From the NCBI RefSeq assembly GCF_914768045.1, contig NZ_CAJZCD010000004.1:95918-127917 (forward strand): DNA of 32,000 nt. The letters run 5' to 3'. Made by a program: the position numbers and the translations under genes. The stretch is from Snodgrassella communis (lineage in GTDB: Bacteria; Pseudomonadota; Gammaproteobacteria; Burkholderiales; Neisseriaceae). Position 1 is the first letter of the stretch. The number at the start of each line of letters is the position of its first letter. A model generated the notes under the pieces. It worked only from the letters and a program-made list of their open reading frames with translations, was not told the DNA's origin and made no database searches. Positions 1 through 8,711 of this stretch are shown here, in pieces.

Positions 1-841
1 TGTATAATGATGAAAAACTATCGCTGTTTGTGTTGTTGTTTTTGCCAATCTATTGTCTGAACTAAACTGATTTTATTTATATTGTTCTAATTCATTTTTT
101 AAAAGGGTTGTTAGTGCTGAAAAAGTTATCAATAGACTACTTTTTCTGCCACAGGAAAAATTAAACTATTAATCCACTTGTATAAAATTCATATAAATCA
201 ACTTTTTTCCGGCCAGAATGGTATAACTTTTTTACCCTTTCTCATTGATAACTGTAATCAGCCATTTTTCAAATAAAATATTCAAGTCTTTCATGTGTCT
301 CTGATGGCATTACATTTACTGCTTTTGATTATTCATAATGGTTAATACTTTGTCTGACTGTTCCCGCCGCACAATATTATTTTAATTGCGCTGATTTGAT
401 GACTGAAACTATTGATGATATTACTGTTCGAATTTTTTGTTATATCCTGTATGGGTATGGTAGTTATTATTTTCCGTCTGACTGGTTTTATTGCAGGTGT
501 TTTTCTGATTCATTCGATTTTGTGATTGATTAACTGCATGGTTAGGCTGCTTACTGTGGGTATAATGATGCAGTAAAGCTGGCGTTATCTGTGGCTGGAT
601 TATTACTGTTGTCGATTACGAAAAACGGTAGTCGTATTGGTGGCCTTGACGACTATCAGATTAGATATGAATAGTACCTGTTTGATGCAAGTGGTACAGA
701 TTGTGTATGGCAGGAATTGTGTCCGGGTAATAATGGCTGCATGTTCAGGCGTAAATGTTATTGCCATTGTGCATGGTGGTGATGGGGTTGATTGTGTGCA
801 TGGTAGCCGTACAATAGACAGAACAGATTTGGATATTAAGA

Positions 842-3496
842 GTGTTAAATATGAGTGAAAATAAAGTTGTTCATTACTTAAAAGATTATCAGGCACCGGA
901 TTTTGCGGTAGCTGATATTAATCTGACTTTTTCTCTGGAAGATGCTTATGCTACTGTGCTCAATCGCATGACTGTTGTGCCGCGGCAGGCAGACAAACCT
1001 TGTGTACTGGATGGTAGTGCTGAGCTGTTGCAGATTGTTTTAAATGGTAAGTGTTTGTGTCCGCATGAATATGCAGTTGCAGATGAAAAGCTGATTATTC
1101 ATGTGGTGCCAGACAGCGAATTTGTGCTGGAGATTACCACCAGATTGTATCCGGCACAGAACAAAACGCTGATGGGGCTGTATGAGTCTGGTGATAATCT
1201 GTATACCCAGAATGAACCTGAAGGCTTTCGCAAGATTACCTATTATTTTGACCGGCCGGATGTAATGAGCCAGTTTACTACTACGATAATTGGCGATAAG
1301 CAGCGTTATCCGGTTATGTTGTCCAATGGTAATCTGATTGACAGTGGTGAGCTGGACAATGGCCGGCACTGGGTATGCTGGCGTGATCCGTTTGCCAAGC
1401 CAAGCTATCTGTTTGCACTGGTGGCCGGACAACTGGCGATGCTGGAGGGCAGTTTTACCACCCGCAGCGGTAAAGAAGTGGCACTGAAATTTTATACCCG
1501 TCCGGAAGACCGTGCCAAGGCCGGTTTTGCGCTGGAGTCATTGAAGCATGCGATGCAGTGGGATGAAGAGCGTTTTAATCTGGAATACGATTTGAATATT
1601 TTTATGGTCGTGGCCGTGAGCGATTTCAATATGGGCGCCATGGAAAATAAAGGCCTGAATATATTCAATACTAAATATGTGCTCGCCAGCAGTGACACGG
1701 CTACTGATGCAGATTTTGAAGCAATTGAAGGTGTGATTGGTCATGAGTATTTCCATAACTGGACGGGTAACAGGGTAACTTGTCGTGACTGGTTTCAATT
1801 GTCGCTGAAAGAGGGGTTGACGGTATTCCGTGATCAGGAATTTTCAGCCGATCGTGCCAGCAGGGCGGTGCGCCGCATTCATAATGTCAGGGTGCTGCGC
1901 AGTATGCAGTTTGCCGAGGATGCCGGCCCGATGGCACATCCGGTACGGCCGGCTTCATATGAAGAAATGAATAATTTCTATACGTTGACTGTGTATGAGA
2001 AAGGTGCTGAAGTGGTACGCATGTATCATACACTTCTGGGCGAAGCCGGTTTTCAGAAAGGTATGCAATTGTATTTTCAGCGCCATGACGGTCAGGCGGT
2101 GACTTGTGATGATTTCCGTGCGGCTATGGCTGATGCCAATGGTGTTAATCTGGAGCAGTTTGCTTTATGGTACAGTCAGGCCGGTACACCGCAGATTAAG
2201 GCGCATGGTGAATATGATGCAGGTAATCGCACGTTCAGTCTGCATCTACAGCAGTATATTCCTCCCACACCTGATATGGCGGACAAGCAGCCGATGGTGA
2301 TTCCGGTTAAAGTTGGGCTGCTTGGTCGGGATGGTACATCTGTGGTATTCAGACTGGCCGATACGGACGCGGTGGTAGAGGAAACAGTGCTGGTATTTAA
2401 TCAGGCACAACAGACATTTGTGTTTCATGATGTTGCACAGGAGGTGGTACCATCATTGTTGCGCGGTTTCAGTGCACCGGTAAGACTGGATTATCCGTAT
2501 AGCGATGCTGATTTGATGTTGCTGCTGGCACATGACAGCGATTCCTTTGCCCGCTGGGAAGCTGCGCAAACCCTGTACCGGCGTGCTGTAGCAGCTAATG
2601 TGGTTGCACTGGAAGCAAATCAGCCAGCTCCTCATCATGCTGAGCTGGCCGAGGCCATTACGGCAGCACTGAATGCAGATATTGATCCGGCTTATAAAGC
2701 AGTATTACTACAGGTGCCGACTGAAGCGGAATTATGGGAAGATGCGCAAAGCATTAATCCTGAGCTGTATGTACGTGCACGGCAGGCATTGTTGCAGGAT
2801 TTGGCTGCCAGTATGGAAGACACGCTGACGCACTGGCGTACATGGGCTGATACACAGGAGCAGAACAGTAAGCACGCTGCACCACAGGAATATCACCCTG
2901 ATCTGGCCGGTGTTCGCAGCTTACGCAATACTTTATTGCAATGGGGAGTACAGGCCAGTGCGCAAGTACTGCAAACTATTGCAAGTGAATATACGCAGCG
3001 CGCCACTAATATGACGCATGAATTCGGAATGCTGTCGGCCATTAATCATTTATCTGATGACAAGCGCGATGAGTTATTAAACCAGTTTGCTCAGCGTCAT
3101 GCGCACGATGATCTGGTGATGGATAAGTATTTTGTTCTGATTGGCAGCAGCCAGCGTGCCGATACCCTGCAACAGGTACAGGCAGCATTGCAGCATCCGG
3201 CTTTCAGTCTGGAAAATCCGAACAAGGTACGTTCATTACTGGGCAGTTTTAGCCGTAATATTCAGCATTTTCATGCTGCCGATGGTAGTGGCTACCGCTT
3301 TATTGCTGAGCATATATTGCGTATTGATGGATTTAATCCGCAGGTGGCGTCGCGTCTGGTACAGGCATTTAATCTGTATGGCCGGCTGGAACCGCAGCGT
3401 AAGGCATTAATGGCTGAACAGTTGCAGCGGATTCAGCAGCATGAAGGGTTATCCAAAGACAGCCGTGAGATTGTGGATAAGATTTTGCGTGACTGA
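842..3496 (+). CDS. pepN: Aminopeptidase N (M1 family zinc metallopeptidase)
   Basis: 884-aa ORF with the GAMEN exopeptidase motif (FNMGAMENKGL) and an HEXXH-x18-E zinc site (GHEYFHNWTGNRVTCRDWFQLSLKEG). N-terminus (YLKDYQAPDF) is collinear with E. coli PepN. Track start 842 is GTG; the ATG at 851 (MSENKVV) is the likelier start. Confidence 0.95.
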   Translation: MLNMSENKVVHYLKDYQAPDFAVADINLTFSLEDAYATVLNRMTVVPRQADKPCVLDGSAELLQIVLNGKCLCPHEYAVADEKLIIHVVPDSEFVLEITTRLYPAQNKTLMGLYESGDNLYTQNEPEGFRKITYYFDRPDVMSQFTTTIIGDKQRYPVMLSNGNLIDSGELDNGRHWVCWRDPFAKPSYLFALVAGQLAMLEGSFTTRSGKEVALKFYTRPEDRAKAGFALESLKHAMQWDEERFNLEYDLNIFMVVAVSDFNMGAMENKGLNIFNTKYVLASSDTATDADFEAIEGVIGHEYFHNWTGNRVTCRDWFQLSLKEGLTVFRDQEFSADRASRAVRRIHNVRVLRSMQFAEDAGPMAHPVRPASYEEMNNFYTLTVYEKGAEVVRMYHTLLGEAGFQKGMQLYFQRHDGQAVTCDDFRAAMADANGVNLEQFALWYSQAGTPQIKAHGEYDAGNRTFSLHLQQYIPPTPDMADKQPMVIPVKVGLLGRDGTSVVFRLADTDAVVEETVLVFNQAQQTFVFHDVAQEVVPSLLRGFSAPVRLDYPYSDADLMLLLAHDSDSFARWEAAQTLYRRAVAANVVALEANQPAPHHAELAEAITAALNADIDPAYKAVLLQVPTEAELWEDAQSINPELYVRARQALLQDLAASMEDTLTHWRTWADTQEQNSKHAAPQEYHPDLAGVRSLRNTLLQWGVQASAQVLQTIASEYTQRATNMTHEFGMLSAINHLSDDKRDELLNQFAQRHAHDDLVMDKYFVLIGSSQRADTLQQVQAALQHPAFSLENPNKVRSLLGSFSRNIQHFHAADGSGYRFIAEHILRIDGFNPQVASRLVQAFNLYGRLEPQRKALMAEQLQRIQQHEGLSKDSREIVDKILRD

Positions 3497-3534
3497 GATG
3501 ATGGCAGGTGAATGCCCGCCTGAATAAATAAATC

Positions 3535-3569
3535 AGAGCACCACAGCTTATGCTGGGGGTGCTCTTTTA
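3535..3569. terminator. Hairpin terminator between convergent pepN and efeB
   Basis: agagcacc (3535-3542) pairs with ggtgctct (3558-3565), with extra inner pairs (cagc/gctg). It is followed by tttt on the plus strand, 39 nt after the pepN stop. Confidence 0.7.
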
Positions 3570-3635
3570 ATATGGATATGCTTCTGGCTATTCAGGCTTA
3601 GATAGGAATGAGGTATGTTCTCATTACTTGCTGAT

Positions 3636-4925
3636 TTATCCTTCAAGCAGCTGCTTGCCCAGATAATCGTTTTCTCTGGCCATTCCGGGTAATACAAAGA
3701 AAAAGCCACCACCAAATGGTTTGATATAGCGTTCCAGTGGTTCACCATTTAGGCGGTTCTGAGTATCGATAAAGCCTTTTTTCAGGTCATTCTGGTAGGC
3801 AACAAAAATCAGTCCCATATCAAGCTGGCCACTGGGTAAGATACCCAGTGAGTAACTGAAGCTGCGCCGGCGCAGCTTGGCTACATGCCGTTCCGGAATA
3901 CGTGGTTCAGCACGGCGCATGTGGGAATCAAACAGAATACGGTCGCCATGCGGGTCGAGATTCATTTGCGGATCATCCATTTCGTGCTGCATGCCGATAG
4001 GTGCGCCACTGATTTTGTAACGGCCAAAATCGTTTTCCTGATCTTCCAGTGGTGTTCTGTCCCAGAATTCCAGATTAAAGCGAATCAGGCGGATAGCCTG
4101 ATAACTGCCACCCAGACACCATGCAGGTTCATGGTTAGCGGCAGTTACCCATACCAGTTCATCCATCAGTTTGCTATCGGTGATGGGTGCATTGCCGGTG
4201 CCGTCTTTAAAGCCAAACAGATTGATGGCTGTACTGTGCCTGTCGATATCGCGAGCCGGCAGAAACCCGTCCATTTTCCAGACCGGTACCATGAGCTTGT
4301 TGCAGTGACTAATCAGGTCGCGCAAGGCGTAAATCACGCTTTCGCGGCTGTTGGCACAAAACTGAATCGATAAGTCTCCGCCACACCAGTTTTTTTCCAG
4401 TCGGTCATTGGGAAAGCGAGGCATGGGAATCAGTTTTTTCGGTCTGTGCTTGGCCAGACCAAAGCGCTGGTCAAACAGGCTGGCACCTACCGCTACGGTA
4501 ATGGTAAGCGAATCGGGTGACAGGTTATGGCCGAGCAGCCCTGATTCCACTGGTGGTAGCTGATCATTTTTTCCTGTGGTCAGTTGCTGAGGTCGGGTGA
4601 GATAGGCGATGCGTTGAGAAATAAGCTGCAATAATTGTTGTAGCTGAGCTTTTTCCCGTGTGGTGACATTAAAGGTAACAAAGATAGCTTCTTTAGTGTC
4701 TGGTGTGATTACGCCGGCCTGATGGCTGCCCCAGTAATCGACTGCCTGATTATAATCGTGTGTACAGTTGCTGGCCGCACTGGCTGGTTTGCTGGCACCG
4801 ATACCGGCTATGCCCAGTCCTCCGGCCAGCAGCATTTTCATGCCGTGGCGGCGGCCGAGACTGGCAGGATTGTCTTCAGGCGTGGCAGCTGAGTCTGGCT
4901 GATGTCTGAAGGTATTCTTTTGCAT
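3636..4925 (-). CDS. efeB: DyP-type heme peroxidase / deferrochelatase EfeB, Tat-exported
   Basis: 429-aa ORF. N-terminal twin-arginine region (SLGRRHGMKMLLAGGLGIAGIGASKPASA) and the DyP signature FGFKDGTGN. Last gene of the FTR1-type permease operon. Confidence 0.9.
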   Translation of the reverse strand: MQKNTFRHQPDSAATPEDNPASLGRRHGMKMLLAGGLGIAGIGASKPASAASNCTHDYNQAVDYWGSHQAGVITPDTKEAIFVTFNVTTREKAQLQQLLQLISQRIAYLTRPQQLTTGKNDQLPPVESGLLGHNLSPDSLTITVAVGASLFDQRFGLAKHRPKKLIPMPRFPNDRLEKNWCGGDLSIQFCANSRESVIYALRDLISHCNKLMVPVWKMDGFLPARDIDRHSTAINLFGFKDGTGNAPITDSKLMDELVWVTAANHEPAWCLGGSYQAIRLIRFNLEFWDRTPLEDQENDFGRYKISGAPIGMQHEMDDPQMNLDPHGDRILFDSHMRRAEPRIPERHVAKLRRRSFSYSLGILPSGQLDMGLIFVAYQNDLKKGFIDTQNRLNGEPLERYIKPFGGGFFFVLPGMARENDYLGKQLLEG

Positions 4926-4935
4926 AACTTAAACC

Positions 4936-5826
4936 TTAATGAGGGTACTTGTAATAAACACGAACGCCTAATTGTGCCCGCAGTTGCGCCAGAAGACTGG
5001 TCTGAATGCTTAACAGCGAATACAGGCTGTCATGGTCAGTCTGGCTGAGTTGACTGAAGCTCTGAAACTGATTCTGTGGTAACTGATAGCGCTGGAGAAC
5101 AGCAAAAATCTGCTGATAGCCACTATCAAGTGCTGCTCGTTGCTCGGCTGGAATAAAGTCAGCGAGCTGCTGCACAATCTGGGCTGAACCGGTTACATTG
5201 GCTTGAATATCGGCTAAATCGCTATGGCTGTACTGATTTTCCTTACCGGCAAGTTTGGTTTGCAGAATCATTTCCAGAAAATCAGATGCCGCTTGGATAA
5301 CCTTGGCTATATCCAGCTCATCTGATGCCACCCGTTTCTGTAAATCAATGATTCCATATTGCAGATTGCTGGCTTCTGCCTGTGCCTGTTGCAGGTCTTT
5401 GCGTACAAACAGTTCATATTCCAACCGGTGAAACCCGCTGAAACTAGGGTTATTGATGCCTTGCAGATAGTAATCAGCGCGTGAATTGATGTTCTGGTCG
5501 GCATTGCCAAACAGTTTGACTATCACTCGTACCTGTTCGTAGCTCTGGTGTGCGCGGACATAATTCTGCTGTGCCTGTAATAATTGCCCGCTCTGACTGG
5601 CATGTACAATGGCATTAAGATATTGCTGCGTGGTTTTCAGTTGCCGGACAACCTGTTGCTGATAAGCCCTGATAGCTGAATGGTATTTGGCAGGGGTGGG
5701 AATATCGCCTTTGGCTGTGACTGCATTGGTGTCGTCGATAAGAGGTGCCCTTAAGCCGTGTGCCGCTGATATTGCCGGTAGCAACAGCGAGCACAGGAAC
5801 AGAGCATAAAACCTGTGCTGCTTCAT
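4936..5826 (-). CDS. efeO: Imelysin / peptidase M75 domain periplasmic iron-uptake protein (EfeO C-terminal-domain-like, EfeM-like)
   Basis: 296-aa ORF with a signal peptide (LFLCSLLLPAISAAHG) and an HxxE motif (GFHRLEYELF) typical of the M75/imelysin fold. It has no cupredoxin domain of its own. The start overlaps the efeU stop by 4 nt (5823-5826). Confidence 0.8.
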   Translation of the reverse strand: MKQHRFYALFLCSLLLPAISAAHGLRAPLIDDTNAVTAKGDIPTPAKYHSAIRAYQQQVVRQLKTTQQYLNAIVHASQSGQLLQAQQNYVRAHQSYEQVRVIVKLFGNADQNINSRADYYLQGINNPSFSGFHRLEYELFVRKDLQQAQAEASNLQYGIIDLQKRVASDELDIAKVIQAASDFLEMILQTKLAGKENQYSHSDLADIQANVTGSAQIVQQLADFIPAEQRAALDSGYQQIFAVLQRYQLPQNQFQSFSQLSQTDHDSLYSLLSIQTSLLAQLRAQLGVRVYYKYPH

Positions 5827-6653
5827 TTGGATTTTTTCCTTAAAAAAAGTATTGCCATTAACAGCCAGAATACGCCAAAAGTAATGACGCTAATCCACAT
5901 TGGCTGCGAACGGTAGGCAAAGAGTGAAGACGTGAAGCTGCCAATCAAACCGCTATCGTCAATCAAGTATGAGGTATCCCATGCCGGGCTAATCAGGAAA
6001 TCAGGGATGGAAATGTCATGTTCCAGTAACATATTGGTGCCATCTTCAACTGCCCTCATAAGTAATGAGATGGCCAGAAATAATAGTATGATGCCGGTTA
6101 TGGTAAAAAATTTTTTCCACTGAATGAAGCGGCTGGTCAGAATAAAGGCATAGAAAGTTAGCGCTGATACTGCGATACCGATAAGTACGGCAATGCAAAA
6201 GCCGGCGTAATTATGACTGTTAAGCTGCATGATTTGCCCAGACAGGAATACAACGATTTCACTGCCCTCACGGGCAATGGCAATCGCAATAATAAATAAT
6301 GCTCCCCACCATGAATGGCGGGCTACCTGTTGCGCCATTTCCTTTTCCAGTGAGGATTTCATGCTGCGGGCGTGTTTGTTCATCCAGTACACCATCTGTA
6401 CAATCAGCATACAGGCCAGTACAGACATCCCCATCATAAATATTGTTTGATGGTCATCGCTAAGTTCTTTAAATATACCGTTGATAATCAAAGCCAGTAT
6501 GATGGATATCAGTACACCGAGTCCTATTCCGCCATACAGGTAGGGCATACCATTACGGCTTTCGGGGTTGTGTTTAATCCATGAATAAATAATACCCACA
6601 ACGAGCAGTGCTTCGAAGCATTCGCGCCAGACAACAAAAATGACTTGTCCCAT
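5823..6653 (-). CDS. efeU: FTR1-family high-affinity iron permease
   Basis: 276-aa polytopic membrane protein with two REXXE motifs (RECFE near the N-terminus, REGSE mid-protein), the hallmark of Ftr1p/EfeU/FtrC. Confidence 0.9.
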   Translation of the reverse strand: MGQVIFVVWRECFEALLVVGIIYSWIKHNPESRNGMPYLYGGIGLGVLISIILALIINGIFKELSDDHQTIFMMGMSVLACMLIVQMVYWMNKHARSMKSSLEKEMAQQVARHSWWGALFIIAIAIAREGSEIVVFLSGQIMQLNSHNYAGFCIAVLIGIAVSALTFYAFILTSRFIQWKKFFTITGIILLFLAISLLMRAVEDGTNMLLEHDISIPDFLISPAWDTSYLIDDSGLIGSFTSSLFAYRSQPMWISVITFGVFWLLMAILFLRKKSK

Positions 6654-6666
6654 TTATATCCTGTTC

Positions 6667-7002
6667 TTATTTTACGATTAGCTGCCCTTTGGGCTTATTC
6701 AGATGGAAATCATCGAAAAAGATATAGGTGCCGGGTTTTTTCGGAGCTATTACCACCACTGATGAAGCGCCCGGTGCCAGTACTTTTTCCTTTACCAGCT
6801 GAGTGCTTTCAAACTCAACCGGACCCTTGCCAATATTGGTGATTTTAATCCGAATAATTTTGTTGGCCGGAGCGTTGAGAATTAACGGCATCATGTCACC
6901 ATCTTTCATTTTCAGTTCCAGAGTGACTTTGTCATCAGCCGTAGCAGAATATGAAAGCATGAAACCGCATAAGCTTAAAATAATAAGAAAAAATTTTTTC
7001 AT
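6667..7002 (-). CDS. Small secreted cupredoxin-fold protein (FtrB / EfeO-N-domain-like)
   Basis: 111-aa ORF with a signal peptide (MKKFFLIILSLCGFMLSYSA). All-beta-looking mature part (IRIKITNIGKGPVEFES...PGTYIFFDDFH). It sits between the P19 and FTR1 genes, as in FtrABCD loci. No Cys in the mature part, so not a classical type-1 copper site. Confidence 0.65.
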   Translation of the reverse strand: MKKFFLIILSLCGFMLSYSATADDKVTLELKMKDGDMMPLILNAPANKIIRIKITNIGKGPVEFESTQLVKEKVLAPGASSVVVIAPKKPGTYIFFDDFHLNKPKGQLIVK

Positions 7003-7101
7003 GTTGGATACGCTTACGGGAAAGGATTGTGGTCGTAATCATGTCATAGAGGATTATTCTGCCAGTTAAAACCAGAATAATCCCCGTACTGACCAGTACT
7101 A

Positions 7102-7647
7102 TTAGTAGCTGCCTTTACGACCAACACCGGCGTAATCAAAGTCCCAGCTAACTTCAAATGGTTTGAACCACGGTGCCACACCTGTTTCTTTGTCAATATG
7201 ACGTGCCATTTGGTTGGCAGTGGGTGGGGAAATACGGTAGGTAACACGATATTTCCCCTGACCGTTCAGTTTAATGTTGTCCCCATAGTGAGGGCCGTCA
7301 TTGGCAACCATAGACATGAATTTGCCGGAGTGCTCAAATTGACCTTTAGTAAGTTTAGTGACGGTGTAATCGATATTCAGATTAGGAATCCAGTCCCCTT
7401 CGGCAAAACCGTTTGGATTACCTTCTGTCGCATGAATATCAGCTTCCATATGTACATCAGCTTTGCTGGCCGGCAGATGCATATTGCTGTGATCCATACC
7501 TTCGGTATCCATAGTGATGGGCGGCAGATAGACGCCAGCAATTTCCATTCCGTTTTTGATGATGGGTTTACCCATTGGGTATTCCTGAGCAAAAGCTGCC
7601 ATAGAGATAAGGGCAGCACTAGCTATGGCAAATTTTTGTAACAGCAT
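7102..7647 (-). CDS. Periplasmic P19/FtrA/FetP-family iron transport protein
   Basis: The ORF resembles P19/Tp34-like proteins (GMEIAGVYLPPI...HMEADIHATEGNPNGFAEGDWIP...MVANDGPHYGDNIKL). The track ORF extends to 7686, but MLLQKFAIASAALISMAAFAQE (start 7647) gives a proper signal peptide. Confidence 0.8.
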   Translation of the reverse strand: MLLQKFAIASAALISMAAFAQEYPMGKPIIKNGMEIAGVYLPPITMDTEGMDHSNMHLPASKADVHMEADIHATEGNPNGFAEGDWIPNLNIDYTVTKLTKGQFEHSGKFMSMVANDGPHYGDNIKLNGQGKYRVTYRISPPTANQMARHIDKETGVAPWFKPFEVSWDFDYAGVGRKGSY

Positions 7648-7706
7648 TCTTGATTTTCCTATTTTAGTTCTGTTAATTAATATCAATCAGATTATGACTG
7701 GATGAC

Positions 7707-7727
7707 AATTGATAAGGATTATCAATA
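7707..7727 (-). promoter_or_regulatory. Fur-box-like operator upstream of the iron-uptake operon
   Basis: aattGATAAGGATTATCAATA. The stretch GATAAGGATTATCAATATA (7711-7729) matches the 19-bp Fur consensus GATAATGATAATCATTATC at 15 of 19 positions by my count. It lies 60-80 nt upstream of the P19 start. Confidence 0.6.
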
Positions 7728-8076
7728 TACATCTTTTGCAAATGTTAGGAAACAATTAAATTATGTCTTTTATAAATATTTAATGTTATTTATTAACTTG
7801 CTAAAATAATTTATGGCTATTTTTGTAAATATATTTTAATCAGAATGGTTGCGGATACATATACCCGCTAATCATGTTACCCGGATTAATGGTGCTAAAT
7901 TTTAGCTAACAATGATGTCGTCTAGCTAATAATAGAATGTTCGTTATAAATAAGAAGTCCGGCTGGTCAATATTCACAATATTGCTATTGTGGTAAAGCC
8001 AAACTATTGATATATAAGTTAAGAGATGTTAAATTAAAATGGTAGTGGCCATAAATATTGGTTAAAGGTATTGCCG

Positions 8077-8110
8077 GCCTGAACAGATTGAGAATATTAC
8101 CTGTTCAGGC
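8077..8110 (-). terminator. 10-bp perfect inverted repeat downstream of the 8170 ORF (terminator or REP-like hairpin)
   Basis: gcctgaacag (8077-8086) and ctgttcaggc (8101-8110) are exact complements with a 14-nt loop. No clear T tract on either strand. Confidence 0.4.
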
Positions 8111-8169
8111 TGGTCTGGTTGGGGAAATAAGACAGCTGCCTATGATGATGTCACCATAGGTAGCGTATG

Positions 8170-8526
8170 TTAGGGCTTATATACTGCCTGCCATATTTGT
8201 TGTGCTAAGGGTTCTATACCATGCCACAGCAAAGGTTGCCAGTTGCGCTTTTGGCAAAATGAAAACACCAGAGTTTCGGCTCTGATAATGCTGTTGCAAG
8301 GTTTAAAAACCAGTAGCCCGCTGTCCTGCCAGTCTGAGTCAACCCTGATGATATAAGGTGACAGGATATAAGCCGTGTATTCGGTAGCTTCCTCTGGTTC
8401 GTCAGGCCACGGATTGCCGATTGATGTCGTTTGTTGTAAATAGTAAAGTGCAAAAGGTTGCTGTAGCTGTAAGTTGTCATGCAGTGCACTGGACAGTGCA
8501 TCCTTATCTGGTGCAAGAAATCTCAT
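8170..8526 (-). CDS. Hypothetical protein (118 aa from MRFLAPD)
   Basis: Open frame with normal GC composition and no recognisable motifs. The ATG at 8526-8524 overlaps the stop of the upstream small ORF in an ATGA arrangement. Confidence 0.5.
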   Translation of the reverse strand: MRFLAPDKDALSSALHDNLQLQQPFALYYLQQTTSIGNPWPDEPEEATEYTAYILSPYIIRVDSDWQDSGLLVFKPCNSIIRAETLVFSFCQKRNWQPLLWHGIEPLAQQIWQAVYKP

Positions 8527-8711
8527 TGCCTGTCTCCCTGTGCACATTTATTGATGATAAATATATTATTTGTATTTGTCATGTAATTTATCTCTGTGTA
8601 CTGACGCCACCTGCGTGCGCACAACCGTTGTGCAAGCAGATTAGATTGCCGTACGTGATGGGAGAGATTCGCCTTGTAGATATTCATGTAATTGCCTTTC
8701 TCTTTGGTCAT
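8523..8711 (-). CDS. Small basic hypothetical protein (62 aa), possibly translationally coupled to the 8170 ORF
   Basis: Only ORF structure and the ATGA stop/start overlap (8523-8526) support it. No family recognised. Confidence 0.3.
   Translation of the reverse strand: MTKEKGNYMNIYKANLSHHVRQSNLLAQRLCARRWRQYTEINYMTNTNNIFIINKCAQGDRQ

Noticed and set aside
7-60. Cys-rich 17-codon micro-ORF MMKNYRCLCCCFCQSIV at the window edge
   Set aside because: It derives from a TGT/TTG-rich low-complexity run. It has no visible RBS, and the upstream context is cut off by the window. It cannot be distinguished from chance.
603-896. Overlapping antisense ORFs 603..896 (-) and 637..858 (+) upstream of and into pepN
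   Set aside because: They overlap each other on opposite strands, and the minus ORF also overlaps the pepN start. They have low-complexity composition and no motif or RBS. They are most likely chance frames in a G/T-rich leader.
7885-8052. Possible att-type repeats of the tRNA-Phe 3' end (attaatggtg at 7885-7894; gtagtggcca near 8043-8052)
   Set aside because: Only 7-10 nt match and most of the match lies outside the tRNA body. That is too short for AT-rich DNA to define an island boundary.
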